From: Pedobacter sp.
Lineage (GTDB): Bacteria; Desulfobacterota; Desulfuromonadia; Desulfuromonadales; Syntrophotaleaceae
Direction of reading: 5' to 3'
Length of the DNA: 64,000 bases
Assembly: GCA_050253415.1 (NCBI GenBank)
Contig: JBFWJC010000001.1
Span: 448,001 to 512,000, forward strand
The notes beneath the pieces were generated by a model. That model did not search any database and was not told the origin of the DNA. It worked only from the letters and a program-made list of their open reading frames with translations. Below, one piece after another: positions 1 to 9,856 of this stretch (the first letter of the stretch is position 1; every line of letters starts with the position of its first letter). The translations under genes were made by a program, and so were the position numbers.

Positions 1-420
1 CTTGGCAAAAGCATCCGCACGGTGCCGGGTTTACGTGAAATTGCCCTCGGGGAATGGGAAGGCCAGCCGATGGCCAGCATCCGCGAGCGTTTCCCCGAGG
101 AATATCAGCGCCGGGGCCGGGAGCTTGTAGGATTTTCCCCTCCCGGGGGGGAGAGTTTTCGGGACCTGCAGGAGAGGGTGGTTCCTGCCTTTCTTCAAAT
201 CATAAGTCGGGCTAGCGGTGCCGTATTGCTGGTTGCACATGCCGGGGTCAACCGGACCATTCTTTGCCACATCCTTGGTCTGCCCCTTGATGAGCTTTTT
301 CAAGTGCCGCAGGATTTCGGCTGTTTCAATATTATCGAGCGCCGTGGCGAACAACTGACCGTGAAAACCGTTAACCAAATGGGGGGCAACCCTGAACTGT
401 GCGCTGCCGCGTTCTTTTAA
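1..420 (+). CDS. Histidine phosphatase family protein (CobC/phosphoglycerate mutase-like), 5' end outside window
   Basis: LREIALGEWEG, PGGES and LLVAHAGV motifs; frame is open from base 1. Confidence 0.85.
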   Translation, partial: LGKSIRTVPGLREIALGEWEGQPMASIRERFPEEYQRRGRELVGFSPPGGESFRDLQERVVPAFLQIISRASGAVLLVAHAGVNRTILCHILGLPLDELFQVPQDFGCFNIIERRGEQLTVKTVNQMGGNPELCAAAFF

Positions 421-436
421 GTTAGGAGATCTGCTC

Positions 437-1243
437 ATGAAACGTTTTGCGATCCGATTCGGTCAAACCCTGCTTGCAAGCTTACTGTTTGGGTTGTTGA
501 TCGTGCCGCAGTTTGCCCATGCCGGTCAGCGCACCACGTTGCCGGTTTGCGCGGCAATGAGCCTCAAGGACGCCGTGACGGCTTTGAAAGATATTTACGA
601 AACGCGCCATCCCGACATGCTGCTGGAGATTAACTTCGCTTCTTCCGGCGCTTTGCAAAAGCAGATTGAGCAGGGTGCCCCCGCAGAACTTTTTTTGTCG
701 GCCGGGCAAAAGCAGATGGACGCCCTTGAGGCGCAGAAACTGATCGTTAAGGATAGTCGATGCGATCTGCTGGGAAACACCTTGGTGTTGATCGTGGCCA
801 AAGAAAAGCAGCAACAGATTAAAGGCTTTGACGATCTTCAAAAGAACGCTACCACCTTCGCCATCGGCCATCCTGAATCTGTGCCGGCAGGTCGGTATGG
901 CAAACAGACTCTGATAACCCTTGGATTGTGGGATCCGATGGAGGATCGCATGGTGCTGGCAAAAAACGTGCGTGCGGTGTTGGCTTATGTCGATTCGGGT
1001 AATGCGGATGCCGGACTGGTCTATCGTACAGATACCCTGAAACTGCAGAGTGCTGTGATCGCTGCCAGTGCGCCGGAACACAGCCATGCTCCCATTATTT
1101 ACCCTGCCGCTCTGGTGACCCATGGCAAACACCCCGAACAGGCCGGAGAATTTCTCGCATTTCTCAAAAGTGACGAGGCTGGCGAGGTTTTCGAACGATA
1201 CCGGTTTTTGCCGCTGAAAACCCAACCGCAGACCGGGAAATAG
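437..1243 (+). CDS. modA: Molybdate ABC transporter substrate-binding protein
   Basis: Signal peptide; AAMSL, FASSGALQKQIEQGAP, VPAGRY and ADAGLVYRTD motifs; RBS AGGAG. Confidence 0.93.
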   Translation: MKRFAIRFGQTLLASLLFGLLIVPQFAHAGQRTTLPVCAAMSLKDAVTALKDIYETRHPDMLLEINFASSGALQKQIEQGAPAELFLSAGQKQMDALEAQKLIVKDSRCDLLGNTLVLIVAKEKQQQIKGFDDLQKNATTFAIGHPESVPAGRYGKQTLITLGLWDPMEDRMVLAKNVRAVLAYVDSGNADAGLVYRTDTLKLQSAVIAASAPEHSHAPIIYPAALVTHGKHPEQAGEFLAFLKSDEAGEVFERYRFLPLKTQPQTGK

Positions 1244-1350
1244 GCGGAGGGTTTACAGGTCAGGAATGGAACTGAAACAGCGATGCAAACAGATGAAAAG
1301 CGATCGGTTATGGGAAGAACAACTCAGGCTGCGCCTTACGGGGTATTGAT

Positions 1351-2052
1351 ATGAGCGGCCCTATTCTGCTTTCGTTGAAGGTGGCGCTGATCGCGGTGGC
1401 CATCGATGCGGTGCTTGCGACCCTGTTGGCCCGGTTGCTGGCGAGGCGCGAATTTCCAGGGAAAAACCTGGTCGAGTCCTTCATTATCCTGCCGATGGTA
1501 CTGCCGCCGACGGTGCTCGGTTTTGGTCTGCTGATCTTGCTCGGCAAACGTGGCTTAGTAGGCCGGTTCCTGTTGGAGAACTTCGATCTGCAGATCGTTT
1601 TTACCTGGTGGGCGGCTATTTTTGCCGCTGCAGTGGTTTCTTTTCCCCTCATGTACCAGAGTGCCAAGGCGGCTTTTGCCAGCGTCGACGTTGCCCTGGA
1701 ACAAGCCGCGCGTACTCTTGGTAGCAGCGAAAGTCGGGTTTTCCTGCGTATCACCCTGCCGTTGGCTTACCCCGGTCTGATCGCCGGACTGGTCCTGGCT
1801 TTTGCCCGTGCACTAGGCGAATTTGGCGCCACCCTGATGGTGGCCGGCAATATCCCTGGAAAGACCCAGACAATTCCCCTGGCTATCTACTTTGCGGTGG
1901 AAACCGGCGAGAACACTCTGGCGTGGAACCTCGTACTTGTCATTACCGGGCTGTCCATAACGGCGCTTTTCTGGCTCAATCTCTGGGCTCGGAAAAAACA
2001 CCAAGTTTGGCAGAAAGGAGATACGGCCAGTGCTGAACGCCTCCATCCGTAA
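1351..2052 (+). CDS. modB: Molybdate ABC transporter permease
   Basis: LPMVLPPTVLG, EQAARTLG (EAA loop), ARALGEFGAT and NIPGKTQT. Confidence 0.95.
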   Translation: MSGPILLSLKVALIAVAIDAVLATLLARLLARREFPGKNLVESFIILPMVLPPTVLGFGLLILLGKRGLVGRFLLENFDLQIVFTWWAAIFAAAVVSFPLMYQSAKAAFASVDVALEQAARTLGSSESRVFLRITLPLAYPGLIAGLVLAFARALGEFGATLMVAGNIPGKTQTIPLAIYFAVETGENTLAWNLVLVITGLSITALFWLNLWARKKHQVWQKGDTASAERLHP

Positions 2053-2791
2053 GGAACTGCCCAATTTCACCGTTGATATTGATCTGCGTTTTGACAACGG
2101 TATCCTGGTATTTTTCGGTCCGTCCGGTTCCGGCAAAAGCACCATTCTCAACTGTCTGGCTGGATTGCAGAAACCGTCGGCGGGCAGGATCCTCCTCAAC
2201 AATCGCGTGTTTTTCTGCAAGCAGCAAAGGATTAATGTCCCGGCGCGACAGCGACGTATCGGCTATGTATTTCAGGATTATGCCCTGTTTCCTCACCTGA
2301 GTGTCAAGGACAACGTTCTGTTCGGCCTGGCCCCAGGACCCGATCGCTGCAAAAAGCGACGTGGCCATCGTATGAGCGTAAGGGAAACTCTTGAAATGCT
2401 GAAGATCATGCACCTTCAGGACCGATATCCAGCCCAACTCTCCGGCGGCGAAAAACAACGTGTGGCGCTGGCCCGGGCCCTGATGATGGAACCGGATCTA
2501 CTCTTGTTGGATGAACCGCTGTCGGCCATCGATGCCCAGATCCGCCGGGAGCTGCAAATAGAATTGAAAAAAATCCAACGAACTTGGGAAATTCCATTTA
2601 TTTTGGTGACACATAGTCACAAGGAAATGGATGCGTTGGCCGACGAGGTTATTTTTCTCAAGGACGGGCAGGCTGCTGATACTGCGGACTGGACGCTACC
2701 GGCCGAAGAAACCACGGATCGGTGGGCTTGGGGCAGTTCGCCTGCTTTGCATGGTGAGGATACCCTGGTCGGTGGTCCTGTCCATATTTAG
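2030..2791 (+). CDS. modC: Molybdate ABC transporter ATP-binding protein (short, no TOBE domain)
   Basis: Walker A GPSGSGKS, LSGGEKQR, LLLLDEP; follows modB. Confidence 0.9.
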   Translation: MLNASIRKELPNFTVDIDLRFDNGILVFFGPSGSGKSTILNCLAGLQKPSAGRILLNNRVFFCKQQRINVPARQRRIGYVFQDYALFPHLSVKDNVLFGLAPGPDRCKKRRGHRMSVRETLEMLKIMHLQDRYPAQLSGGEKQRVALARALMMEPDLLLLDEPLSAIDAQIRRELQIELKKIQRTWEIPFILVTHSHKEMDALADEVIFLKDGQAADTADWTLPAEETTDRWAWGSSPALHGEDTLVGGPVHI

Positions 2792-2853
2792 ACATAAAGC
2801 CTCGATGGCCAATGCCCTTGTAAAATGAAACCCTTTGCAAAAGGAACAGTCGA

Positions 2854-3600
2854 ATGGATTTATTGAAGCAATCCCAAACTAAACTCTTCACGCTTTGTAA
2901 CGACAACCAGTGTGATATCCGCAGCATGGTAACGGTCAGGGTGCTTTCACCTGATGAGGCCATCGGCGCCACGGCCGACAAGGACTTTGTTATCAAAAAA
3001 GGCAAAGAGCGTGTTATTGAGGCCAGTTGGAATGGAGTTCAGGGGCAGGCTTTTACCGATCACCCCAACGACTGGCAGGGCAGCCTCGGCGATCTACTAG
3101 CCCTGGATTTGAGCGGAATTCCCCAGCGCGCGGTGTTTACCGCGGGATTGAACGCCGTGCTGCGGGGATTGCATCAGGCTGAGGGTACGGTTCACTGCAA
3201 GGATGACGAACCGACCCGGTGTGGTGAAGAATTTTGCCTGCAGTTGCATCAACGTTTCGGTGTGCAGCGCTTCGGGTTGATCGGTCTGCAGCCCGCTATC
3301 CTGAATGCCATGGTGGAGGCTTTTGGCTTAGTGAGAATTCGTGTGGCGGATCTCAACGAGGACAATATTGGTGAAAAACGTTGTGATGTGACGGTTTGGG
3401 ACGGGGAAAAGGATCTGGATAAACTGGTCGACTGGTGCCAGGTCGGTGTGGCCACGGGTTCCACGATTGTTAATGGGAGCATCAATGACCTGATGGAAAA
3501 ATTCGCCACCGCGGGAAAACCATTGGTGTTTTTCGGCAATACCATTTCCGGGGTAGCGTCGTTGTTGAATCTGGAACGGATTTGCCCTTACGCCCGCTAG
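2854..3600 (+). CDS. Rossmann-like putative metal-chelation domain protein (DUF364-like)
   Basis: GQAFTD, TVHCKDDEPTRC and ATGSTIVNGS motifs; located in the mod operon. Confidence 0.6.
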   Translation: MDLLKQSQTKLFTLCNDNQCDIRSMVTVRVLSPDEAIGATADKDFVIKKGKERVIEASWNGVQGQAFTDHPNDWQGSLGDLLALDLSGIPQRAVFTAGLNAVLRGLHQAEGTVHCKDDEPTRCGEEFCLQLHQRFGVQRFGLIGLQPAILNAMVEAFGLVRIRVADLNEDNIGEKRCDVTVWDGEKDLDKLVDWCQVGVATGSTIVNGSINDLMEKFATAGKPLVFFGNTISGVASLLNLERICPYAR

Positions 3601-3636
3601 GCCGGTTTCAACCTTAAAACACGGTGATCTGTATCC

Positions 3637-3906
3637 ATGATAAACGATGACGAATTTATTGCCCTGTTTAATTCACCGACACGGGTTCTGAAAGCGGAAA
3701 AAGCTTTAAGAAAAGCCGGGCTTGCCTGCCGACTGATCCCCGCGCCACGGGATGTGGCGGAAGGGTGCGCTCTGGCTTTGCGCTTTGCCGCCGCGGAACT
3801 GCCATCTATCCTATTTGAGCTGGGGCGCCAGGACCTGCTTCCACGGAGAATGTACCAAAAACATGCGGGTTTGTTTACGTCCATTCCGGTTAGCCCTGAG
3901 CCCTGA
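3637..3906 (+). CDS. DUF3343-like small protein (selenium/sulfur metabolism-associated)
   Basis: FxS...KAEK...LIPAPRxxxxGCALAL pattern; lies upstream of a class V aminotransferase. Confidence 0.75.
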   Translation: MINDDEFIALFNSPTRVLKAEKALRKAGLACRLIPAPRDVAEGCALALRFAAAELPSILFELGRQDLLPRRMYQKHAGLFTSIPVSPEP

Positions 3907-3943
3907 GAACACAATAGCCCTTTTTCAGTTATCGGAGTGGATT

Positions 3944-5092
3944 ATGGCCATTTATCTGGATAATGCCGCAACGACTTTTCCTAAACCCGAAAGCGTCTAC
4001 CGCGCCGTAGATCTTGCTTTTCGTTATCTGGGCGTCAGCCCGGGTCGCGGAAGCTACCAGCTATCCCTTGAAGCGGGTCGTCTGGTGTTGGAGGCCCGGG
4101 AAACCGTTGCCGAGTTCTTTGGTATCCGTGACGCTTCGAGGGTGGTATTTGCCGCGAATGCTACCGAAGCCATCAATATCGCCTTATTTGGATTGCTCCA
4201 GGCCGGAGATCGGGTCATTACCTCTGCCATGGAGCACAATGCCATCAGCCGCCCACTGCATGCCCTGGAGGCACGAGGTGTCGAAGTGGTAAGGGTGCCG
4301 GTCGATGCTTGCGGTCTTATCGATCCCGCTGTTATTCGTGCAACCGTACGCGAAGGTACATGCCCAACACGCATGGTGGTCCTCAGCCACTGTTCCAATG
4401 TTACCGGTGTCTTGCAACCTATCGCGGAAATAGGCAATTGGTGTCGCCGTGAGGGGATCGTGTTTATGGTCGACGCGGCCCAGAGTGCAGGTCAGGTGGC
4501 GATTGATGTTGAAGACATGGGCATTGACCTGTTGGCTGTGCCGGGCCATAAAAGCCTGTTAGGTCCGCAGGGGACAGGGGCGTTGTATGTGGCTGAGAAA
4601 CTGCTCCCGGCGCCACTGATCTGGGGAGGCACCGGTGGTAACTCCATCTCTTCGCTGATGCCGGAGGATTTGCCGGAACGTTTCGAAAGCGGCACGCTGA
4701 ATACCCCGGCCCTTGCCGGTTTGCAGGCTGGTATCGAGTTCGTACGTCAAACCGGTCTGCAAAAGATTCAGCGGCATAAAGCCGCATTATTGGATCAATT
4801 GTCAGGCGGGTTGCATGCGCTGCCTGGCGTCCGTTGTTACAACTCATCAGGTAATTGGCAGCTCGGCGGGGTATTGTCTTTTAATATAGAGGGGCGGGAT
4901 CCGGCGGAAATAGGGTTTTTGCTTGATGAGGAATATGGCATCTGTGTGCGCACCGGTCTGCATTGTGCACCCGATGCGCATCGCAGTATCGGTACCTTGC
5001 CCAGTGGCACTATTCGTGTCAGCCCCGGCCTGTTCAATACCGAAAAAGATATCGATGCCTTGCTGGTTGCCCTGAAGAAAATTATTGCTTAG
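3944..5092 (+). CDS. Class V aminotransferase, cysteine desulfurase/selenocysteine lyase family
   Basis: IYLDNAATTFPKP, DAAQ, PGHK (PLP lysine), RTGLHCAP (catalytic Cys); start moved to ATG 3944 after GGAG. Confidence 0.9.
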   Translation: MAIYLDNAATTFPKPESVYRAVDLAFRYLGVSPGRGSYQLSLEAGRLVLEARETVAEFFGIRDASRVVFAANATEAINIALFGLLQAGDRVITSAMEHNAISRPLHALEARGVEVVRVPVDACGLIDPAVIRATVREGTCPTRMVVLSHCSNVTGVLQPIAEIGNWCRREGIVFMVDAAQSAGQVAIDVEDMGIDLLAVPGHKSLLGPQGTGALYVAEKLLPAPLIWGGTGGNSISSLMPEDLPERFESGTLNTPALAGLQAGIEFVRQTGLQKIQRHKAALLDQLSGGLHALPGVRCYNSSGNWQLGGVLSFNIEGRDPAEIGFLLDEEYGICVRTGLHCAPDAHRSIGTLPSGTIRVSPGLFNTEKDIDALLVALKKIIA

Positions 5093-5153
5093 CGGCAAAA
5101 GGCGGAGGGCCTATGGCCAGGACTGCCCGGTCGCTTTTACGGAGGATAAGCGT

Positions 5154-5951
5154 ATGCGTCTGATCACCAGGGTTCTGACAGCTATGGTGCTGTTCGGGAG
5201 TCTCGTGTTTGTCCCGCTGGCGGGACAGGCCGGTACCCGCCCCATAACTTCATTGCACATCTCTGCCGGAGTCGGTCTCAAAGATGCTCTTTTTGCACTT
5301 CAAAAAATCTATGCGCAACAACAACCTTCTGTGGCGCTTGAGTTCAATTTTGCGGCTTCGGGGTTTTTGCGCAAACAGATTGAGCAGGGAGCGCCTGTCG
5401 ATATGTTTTTGGCGCCGGGTCAGCAGCATGTGCAGGCGTTGCTGGATGGCGGGTTCACCGATTCGCGGCACTGTTGTGCTCTTTTGGGCAACGATTTGGT
5501 GCTCATCGTTGCCAGGGAAAAGCAGTATGATATTAAAGGGTTTTCTGATTTGGTCGAACACGCAAAGAGTTTTACCGTCGGATTGCCGGATATGGTCCCG
5601 GCTGGTACCTACGCTCGCCAGACCCTTGCCTCTCTAGGCTTGTGGGATCAGCTTGAACCACGGATGGTGTATGGCAAGAGTGTGCGCCAGGTGTTGGCTT
5701 ATGTCGAATCAGGCAACGCCGATGCAGGAATGGTTTTTGCCTCCGATGGCTCGCTGCTGAACAGTGCGGTGGTGGCCGCTGTGGCACCACCTGACAGCCA
5801 TGCTTCCATTGTGTTCTCGATGGCGGGGATGCTTGCCAGTCCTCATCCCCGTGCGCTGCGGGAATTTATGGCGTTTTTGCAAGGTGAAGAAGCTGCCGGC
5901 ATTTTTAGGCGATACGGATTTACTCCGCTATACCCCGTGCCAGGGCAATGA
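5154..5951 (+). CDS. modA: Second ModA-family oxyanion-binding protein
   Basis: Clear paralogue of 437..1243 (KQIEQGAP, VPAGTY, SGNADAG); RBS GGAGG before ATG 5154. Confidence 0.85.
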   Translation: MRLITRVLTAMVLFGSLVFVPLAGQAGTRPITSLHISAGVGLKDALFALQKIYAQQQPSVALEFNFAASGFLRKQIEQGAPVDMFLAPGQQHVQALLDGGFTDSRHCCALLGNDLVLIVAREKQYDIKGFSDLVEHAKSFTVGLPDMVPAGTYARQTLASLGLWDQLEPRMVYGKSVRQVLAYVESGNADAGMVFASDGSLLNSAVVAAVAPPDSHASIVFSMAGMLASPHPRALREFMAFLQGEEAAGIFRRYGFTPLYPVPGQ

Positions 5952-6003
5952 TGCCTTGATGTAAAGTGGTCGGCTGATCCCCGGTATTTCCGGCTTTTCT
6001 GGT

Positions 6004-6399
6004 TCAGGGCAGGTCTGGAAAGGGGCTGACAATCTGCCAGGAAGCGTTGCGGTATGCCCATTCCAGGCGGACCTTGAGAGTTTTCAGGGTGTTGGAGGGT
6101 AGGCGGTAATAATCGATGCTTGACCAGGAAACCGCAAGTTCCTGTTGCAGCCCTTCAAATTCTATCCTCTCCGGACGGACCTCCAGCACGCGGATGTCAC
6201 CTCGTTCGGGGAATTTATCCTGAAAATCCTGCAAATACTCGCTATCCATGAAACTGGCGGCACTGCGATAGTCCTGCCATATCAGGCGTAATGCGAATTC
6301 CTGGTTACTGTCACCAAAGGAATCGGCAGGTTTTGGCTTGAGGGCCGGTGAGCAGGACGCTATACACAACACCAGCAAAAGCAGGTATACTCTTTTCAT
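6004..6399 (-). CDS. Hypothetical lipoprotein
   Basis: MKRVYLLLLVLCIASC signal peptide with lipobox. Confidence 0.75.
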   Translation of the reverse strand: MKRVYLLLLVLCIASCSPALKPKPADSFGDSNQEFALRLIWQDYRSAASFMDSEYLQDFQDKFPERGDIRVLEVRPERIEFEGLQQELAVSWSSIDYYRLPSNTLKTLKVRLEWAYRNASWQIVSPFPDLP

Positions 6400-6463
6400 A
6401 TTTATATTTCCCCCGTTTGGGCTATTTTCCAATAATTCTTACCCAGAGAAGCCAATTGTTATC

Positions 6464-6718
6464 ATGAAGAAAATCGAGATCTATACCAAAAGCCATTGTT
6501 CCTATTGCCATCGTGCCAAAGAATTGCTGCACCAAAAGGGTGTCCGTTTCATTGAGTACGATGTCACTGAAGATTCGGGCAAGGAACAGGAGATGCGCGA
6601 GCGTTCCGGGCGGATGACGGTACCGGAAATTTTCATCGATGATGCCCTGGTGGGAGGGTGTGACAACCTGTTCGCCCTCGAGCAGCAGGGGTCTTTGGAT
6701 CGTATGCTGGAAGATTGA
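6464..6718 (+). CDS. grxC: Glutaredoxin 3
   Basis: IEIYTKSHCSYC...TVPEIFI...GGCD. Confidence 0.9.
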   Translation: MKKIEIYTKSHCSYCHRAKELLHQKGVRFIEYDVTEDSGKEQEMRERSGRMTVPEIFIDDALVGGCDNLFALEQQGSLDRMLED

Positions 6719-6720
6719 TC

Positions 6721-8547
6721 TCAGCGGCGTATGGCACCGATCAATTCGACCGCAATCTCCACCTTGCCAAACGGCGGCATGAGGTAAAAACCATCCACTC
6801 TGCCCCGACCGGCTTCGATCAACTCCCGGGCGATGTCCATCCCCCGGCGAACTCCTTCCTCGCCTTGCGTGCCGTGCATGCGTTTGCGTACGTCCTCCGG
6901 CAACAGGATGCCGGGCACTTCGTTATGCAGAAATTCGGCATTGCGTTCACTGACCAGCGGCAGGATCCCGACCAGAACCGGGATTCCCACGTCTTGCAGA
7001 CAATCGAGCATGGTGTCGAGGATAGTCGCTGAGTAGATCGGCTGGGTCTGGACGAATTGGGCGCCGGCCGCGATTTTCTTGGTTAAGCGTCGCAGTTGAC
7101 CGCGCATATCCGCAACATTGGGATTGAAAGCTGCGCCGGCCTGAAACTGCGTTGCGCCACCGAGGTCGCCACCCACCAGGGTGTGTCCGTTGTTCAGAGC
7201 GCTGAGCAGTTCCAGTAGTCCGATGGAATTGAGGTCAAACACGCTGCTGGCACCGGCTTCCCCACCCACCGCAACAGGATCGCCGGTTACCGCCAGTACA
7301 TTGCGCAGACCGAGCAGGTGGGCTCCCAGCAGCTCCGAATGCAGTCCGATCAAATTGCGATCACGGCCGGTGACATGGATGATGGTTTCGATGCCGATTT
7401 CGTCCTGAATGCGTTTGGCCAGGGCGATATTGCCCATGCGGATGCGGGCCAGGGGATTTTCCGCCAGGCTGATGGCATCCGCTCCGGCTTCTGCAAGGCG
7501 GCGGGAGCCGGCGAGTACCTTAGCGCAATCGAGGCCTCGCGGGGGATCGAGTTCCACCGTGATGATGGGACGCTTGCCCCATGCTGACAAAAATCCCCCC
7601 TGTAGCGGAACGGCCACGGTTTGGGGTGGCGGTTCTGCGGGGGCACGCAGTGCGACACGGGTTGCCGGTTTGAGATCGGATACCGCCGCGGCCAGCGCAC
7701 GTATATGTTCGGGTGTGGTGCCGCAACACCCGCCAACCAGGCAGGCTCCCGCCTCAACCATTTCCCGACCGCGGGCGGCAAAATATTCCGGGGTCGCCAG
7801 GTAAATATAACGGCCATCGACATACTCGGGGAAACCGCTGTTGGCGAATCCGGACAGGGGCCGGTCTGTGTGTGATGCCATGGTGCGCAACACTTCCAGC
7901 ACATCCTTGGGGCCGGATCCGCAGTTGGCTCCGACTATTGTCGCACCGGATGCGGCAAGACGTCTGGCCGCCTCGGCCGCGGCAACTCCTTCGCGGGTCC
8001 TGCCGCCTTCGAAAAAGGCCATCTGGGCCACCACCGGCAACCCGATCTGGCTGGCCACGGCGACGGCCAGTTCCAATTCTTCAAGGCTGGCAAACGTTTC
8101 CAGCAGCAGCAGGTCAGCGCCGCCTTCGGCCAAGCCTTCCATCTGTTCCCGAAACAGGCTGCGTCGTTCCTCGGCGTCGAGGTCGGCGGTTTCCCCAGGA
8201 ATGCGACCCAAAGGTCCGATGGCGCCAGCCACGAGTGCATCATAACCCGCCGCTTCTCGGGCCAGTCGCGCCCCGATGGCATTGACCTGATGAACCTGTG
8301 CTTCCAGTCCCACGGCAGCCAGACGCAAGCGGTTGGCTGCAAAGGTGTTGGTTTCCAGCAGTTGCGCACCGGCGTCAAGATAGTCCCGGTGCACCTGTCG
8401 TACGATGTCGGGTTGTTGCAGGTTCAGAACCTCGAAACAGGCGGCCAGAGGGACACCGCGGTTATAGAGCAGGGTACCCATGGCTCCATCACCCACGATG
8501 ACACCATGTTCCAAACGTTCTAAAAGACCCTTTTCAGCGCGCTTCAT
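6721..8547 (-). CDS. Bifunctional homocysteine S-methyltransferase / methylenetetrahydrofolate reductase (YitJ-like)
   Basis: DGAMGT, GANC, GGCCGTTPEHI, followed by an MTHFR domain (VELDPP, TGDP, FLHNEVPG). Confidence 0.92.
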   Translation of the reverse strand: MKRAEKGLLERLEHGVIVGDGAMGTLLYNRGVPLAACFEVLNLQQPDIVRQVHRDYLDAGAQLLETNTFAANRLRLAAVGLEAQVHQVNAIGARLAREAAGYDALVAGAIGPLGRIPGETADLDAEERRSLFREQMEGLAEGGADLLLLETFASLEELELAVAVASQIGLPVVAQMAFFEGGRTREGVAAAEAARRLAASGATIVGANCGSGPKDVLEVLRTMASHTDRPLSGFANSGFPEYVDGRYIYLATPEYFAARGREMVEAGACLVGGCCGTTPEHIRALAAAVSDLKPATRVALRAPAEPPPQTVAVPLQGGFLSAWGKRPIITVELDPPRGLDCAKVLAGSRRLAEAGADAISLAENPLARIRMGNIALAKRIQDEIGIETIIHVTGRDRNLIGLHSELLGAHLLGLRNVLAVTGDPVAVGGEAGASSVFDLNSIGLLELLSALNNGHTLVGGDLGGATQFQAGAAFNPNVADMRGQLRRLTKKIAAGAQFVQTQPIYSATILDTMLDCLQDVGIPVLVGILPLVSERNAEFLHNEVPGILLPEDVRKRMHGTQGEEGVRRGMDIARELIEAGRGRVDGFYLMPPFGKVEIAVELIGAIRR

Positions 8548-9137
8548 GGTCTGGCTCCATACATCTCGCCCGACGGTAGCTGTCCGGTGCGTTGCAGAAA
8601 TTGGCGGAGAATGGCACCCGTCAACCCCCAGATCTCATAGGCATCCACGTTGAAAAAGCACACCGGATAAAGTCGTCCGAGGTGTTCCCAGCTTTCCGTA
8701 TGGTAGATGCGGGGATCGCACAACCGTTCCACCGGTATCTCGATGACTTCGGCGATTTCCTGGTGATTGACGGTAAAAGGATAACCGGCAGGGATGGTGC
8801 CGACGTAGGGCACAACATGAAAACCGTACACGGAAATAAAGTCATCCAAGCGTCCTAAAACCGTTACATCCTCGACTTTAACCCCCATCTCCTCTTCGGT
8901 TTCACGAAGCGCCGTGGCACAGCGGTCGGCGTCGTCGGGATGCGCCCGGCCGCCTGGAAAGGCTATTTCTCCAGCGTGATGGGGCAGATGTTCGGTACGC
9001 CGGGTAAACAGGATCGTGTCGATGCCGTCTTTAGGATAAATCAGCAGCAAGACCGCTGCCGGTTTGAGAACTCCGCGTTCGATACGACGGCAGGCATGTT
9101 GCGCCAGGTCCTGTCGGACCTGTTGGGGGTCCAGCAT
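8544..9137 (-). CDS. NUDIX hydrolase, CoA pyrophosphatase (NudL-like)
   Basis: HAGEIAFPGG, ALRETEEEMG and IWGLTG. Confidence 0.88.
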   Translation of the reverse strand: MLDPQQVRQDLAQHACRRIERGVLKPAAVLLLIYPKDGIDTILFTRRTEHLPHHAGEIAFPGGRAHPDDADRCATALRETEEEMGVKVEDVTVLGRLDDFISVYGFHVVPYVGTIPAGYPFTVNHQEIAEVIEIPVERLCDPRIYHTESWEHLGRLYPVCFFNVDAYEIWGLTGAILRQFLQRTGQLPSGEMYGARP

Positions 9138-9802
9138 TATTGGCCCTCTGCGGCTGCGCGTGCTTTAAGTGCGGCAATCGTGGCACCGTAGTTGTCGGTA
9201 CCGTAAACGGCACTGCCGGCAACCATGACTTCTGCACCTGCGGCGGCGATACGGGCAATATTATCCAGTTTGACACCGCCGTCCACCTCCAGTTCCACCG
9301 ACAGTCCACGTCGGTCGATCTCTTTGCGCAATGCCTCGATTTTCGGTAAGCAGGCAGGGATGAACTGCTGACCACCAAAGCCGGGATTGACGGACATGAT
9401 CAGTACCAGGTCCAGGTCGTCCAGAATCATATCCAGGCAGTTGATCGGTGTCGCGGGGTTAAGCGACACACCGGCCTTTTTACCCAGGCTGTGAATCAGT
9501 TGTACGGTACGGTGCAGATGGGGAACGGCCTCGTAATGTACGGTGATGATATCCGCACCGGCGTTGGCGAAATCGGCAATATACCTATCGGGATTTTCGA
9601 TCATCAAATGCACGTCAAGGGGCAGCGTGGTCACGCGGCGGGCGGCTTCCACGACCAAAGGGCCGATGGTGATATTGGGCACGAAATGACCGTCCATGAC
9701 ATCAATATGCACGTAATCGGCACCGCCGGTCTCGATGGCGATGATTTCGTCGCCCAGGCGGGAAAAATCAGCGGACAGAATGGATGGGGCGATCTTGATC
9801 AT
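9137..9802 (-). CDS. rpe: Ribulose-phosphate 3-epimerase
   Basis: IAPSILSADF, DVMDGHFVPN, MSVNPGFGGQ. Confidence 0.97.
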   Translation of the reverse strand: MIKIAPSILSADFSRLGDEIIAIETGGADYVHIDVMDGHFVPNITIGPLVVEAARRVTTLPLDVHLMIENPDRYIADFANAGADIITVHYEAVPHLHRTVQLIHSLGKKAGVSLNPATPINCLDMILDDLDLVLIMSVNPGFGGQQFIPACLPKIEALRKEIDRRGLSVELEVDGGVKLDNIARIAAAGAEVMVAGSAVYGTDNYGATIAALKARAAAEGQ

Positions 9803-9856
9803 GCTACTCTCCGTATCGAGGGAAGGTAAAAGTTAGACGAGCATTCGCCGCCTGGC

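Noticed and set aside
3752..3943. N-terminal extensions in the ORF track (also 19740-19829, 34919-35074, 35920-36087, 51461-51553)
   Set aside because: They overlap neighbouring genes or lack family similarity; downstream starts match family N-termini and, in most cases, an RBS.
3637..6718. Possible selenocysteine read-through at TGA stops (DUF3343-like gene, grxC)
   Set aside because: Both proteins are complete at the TGA, the stops are not at Cys-equivalent positions, and no SECIS-like hairpin is evident.
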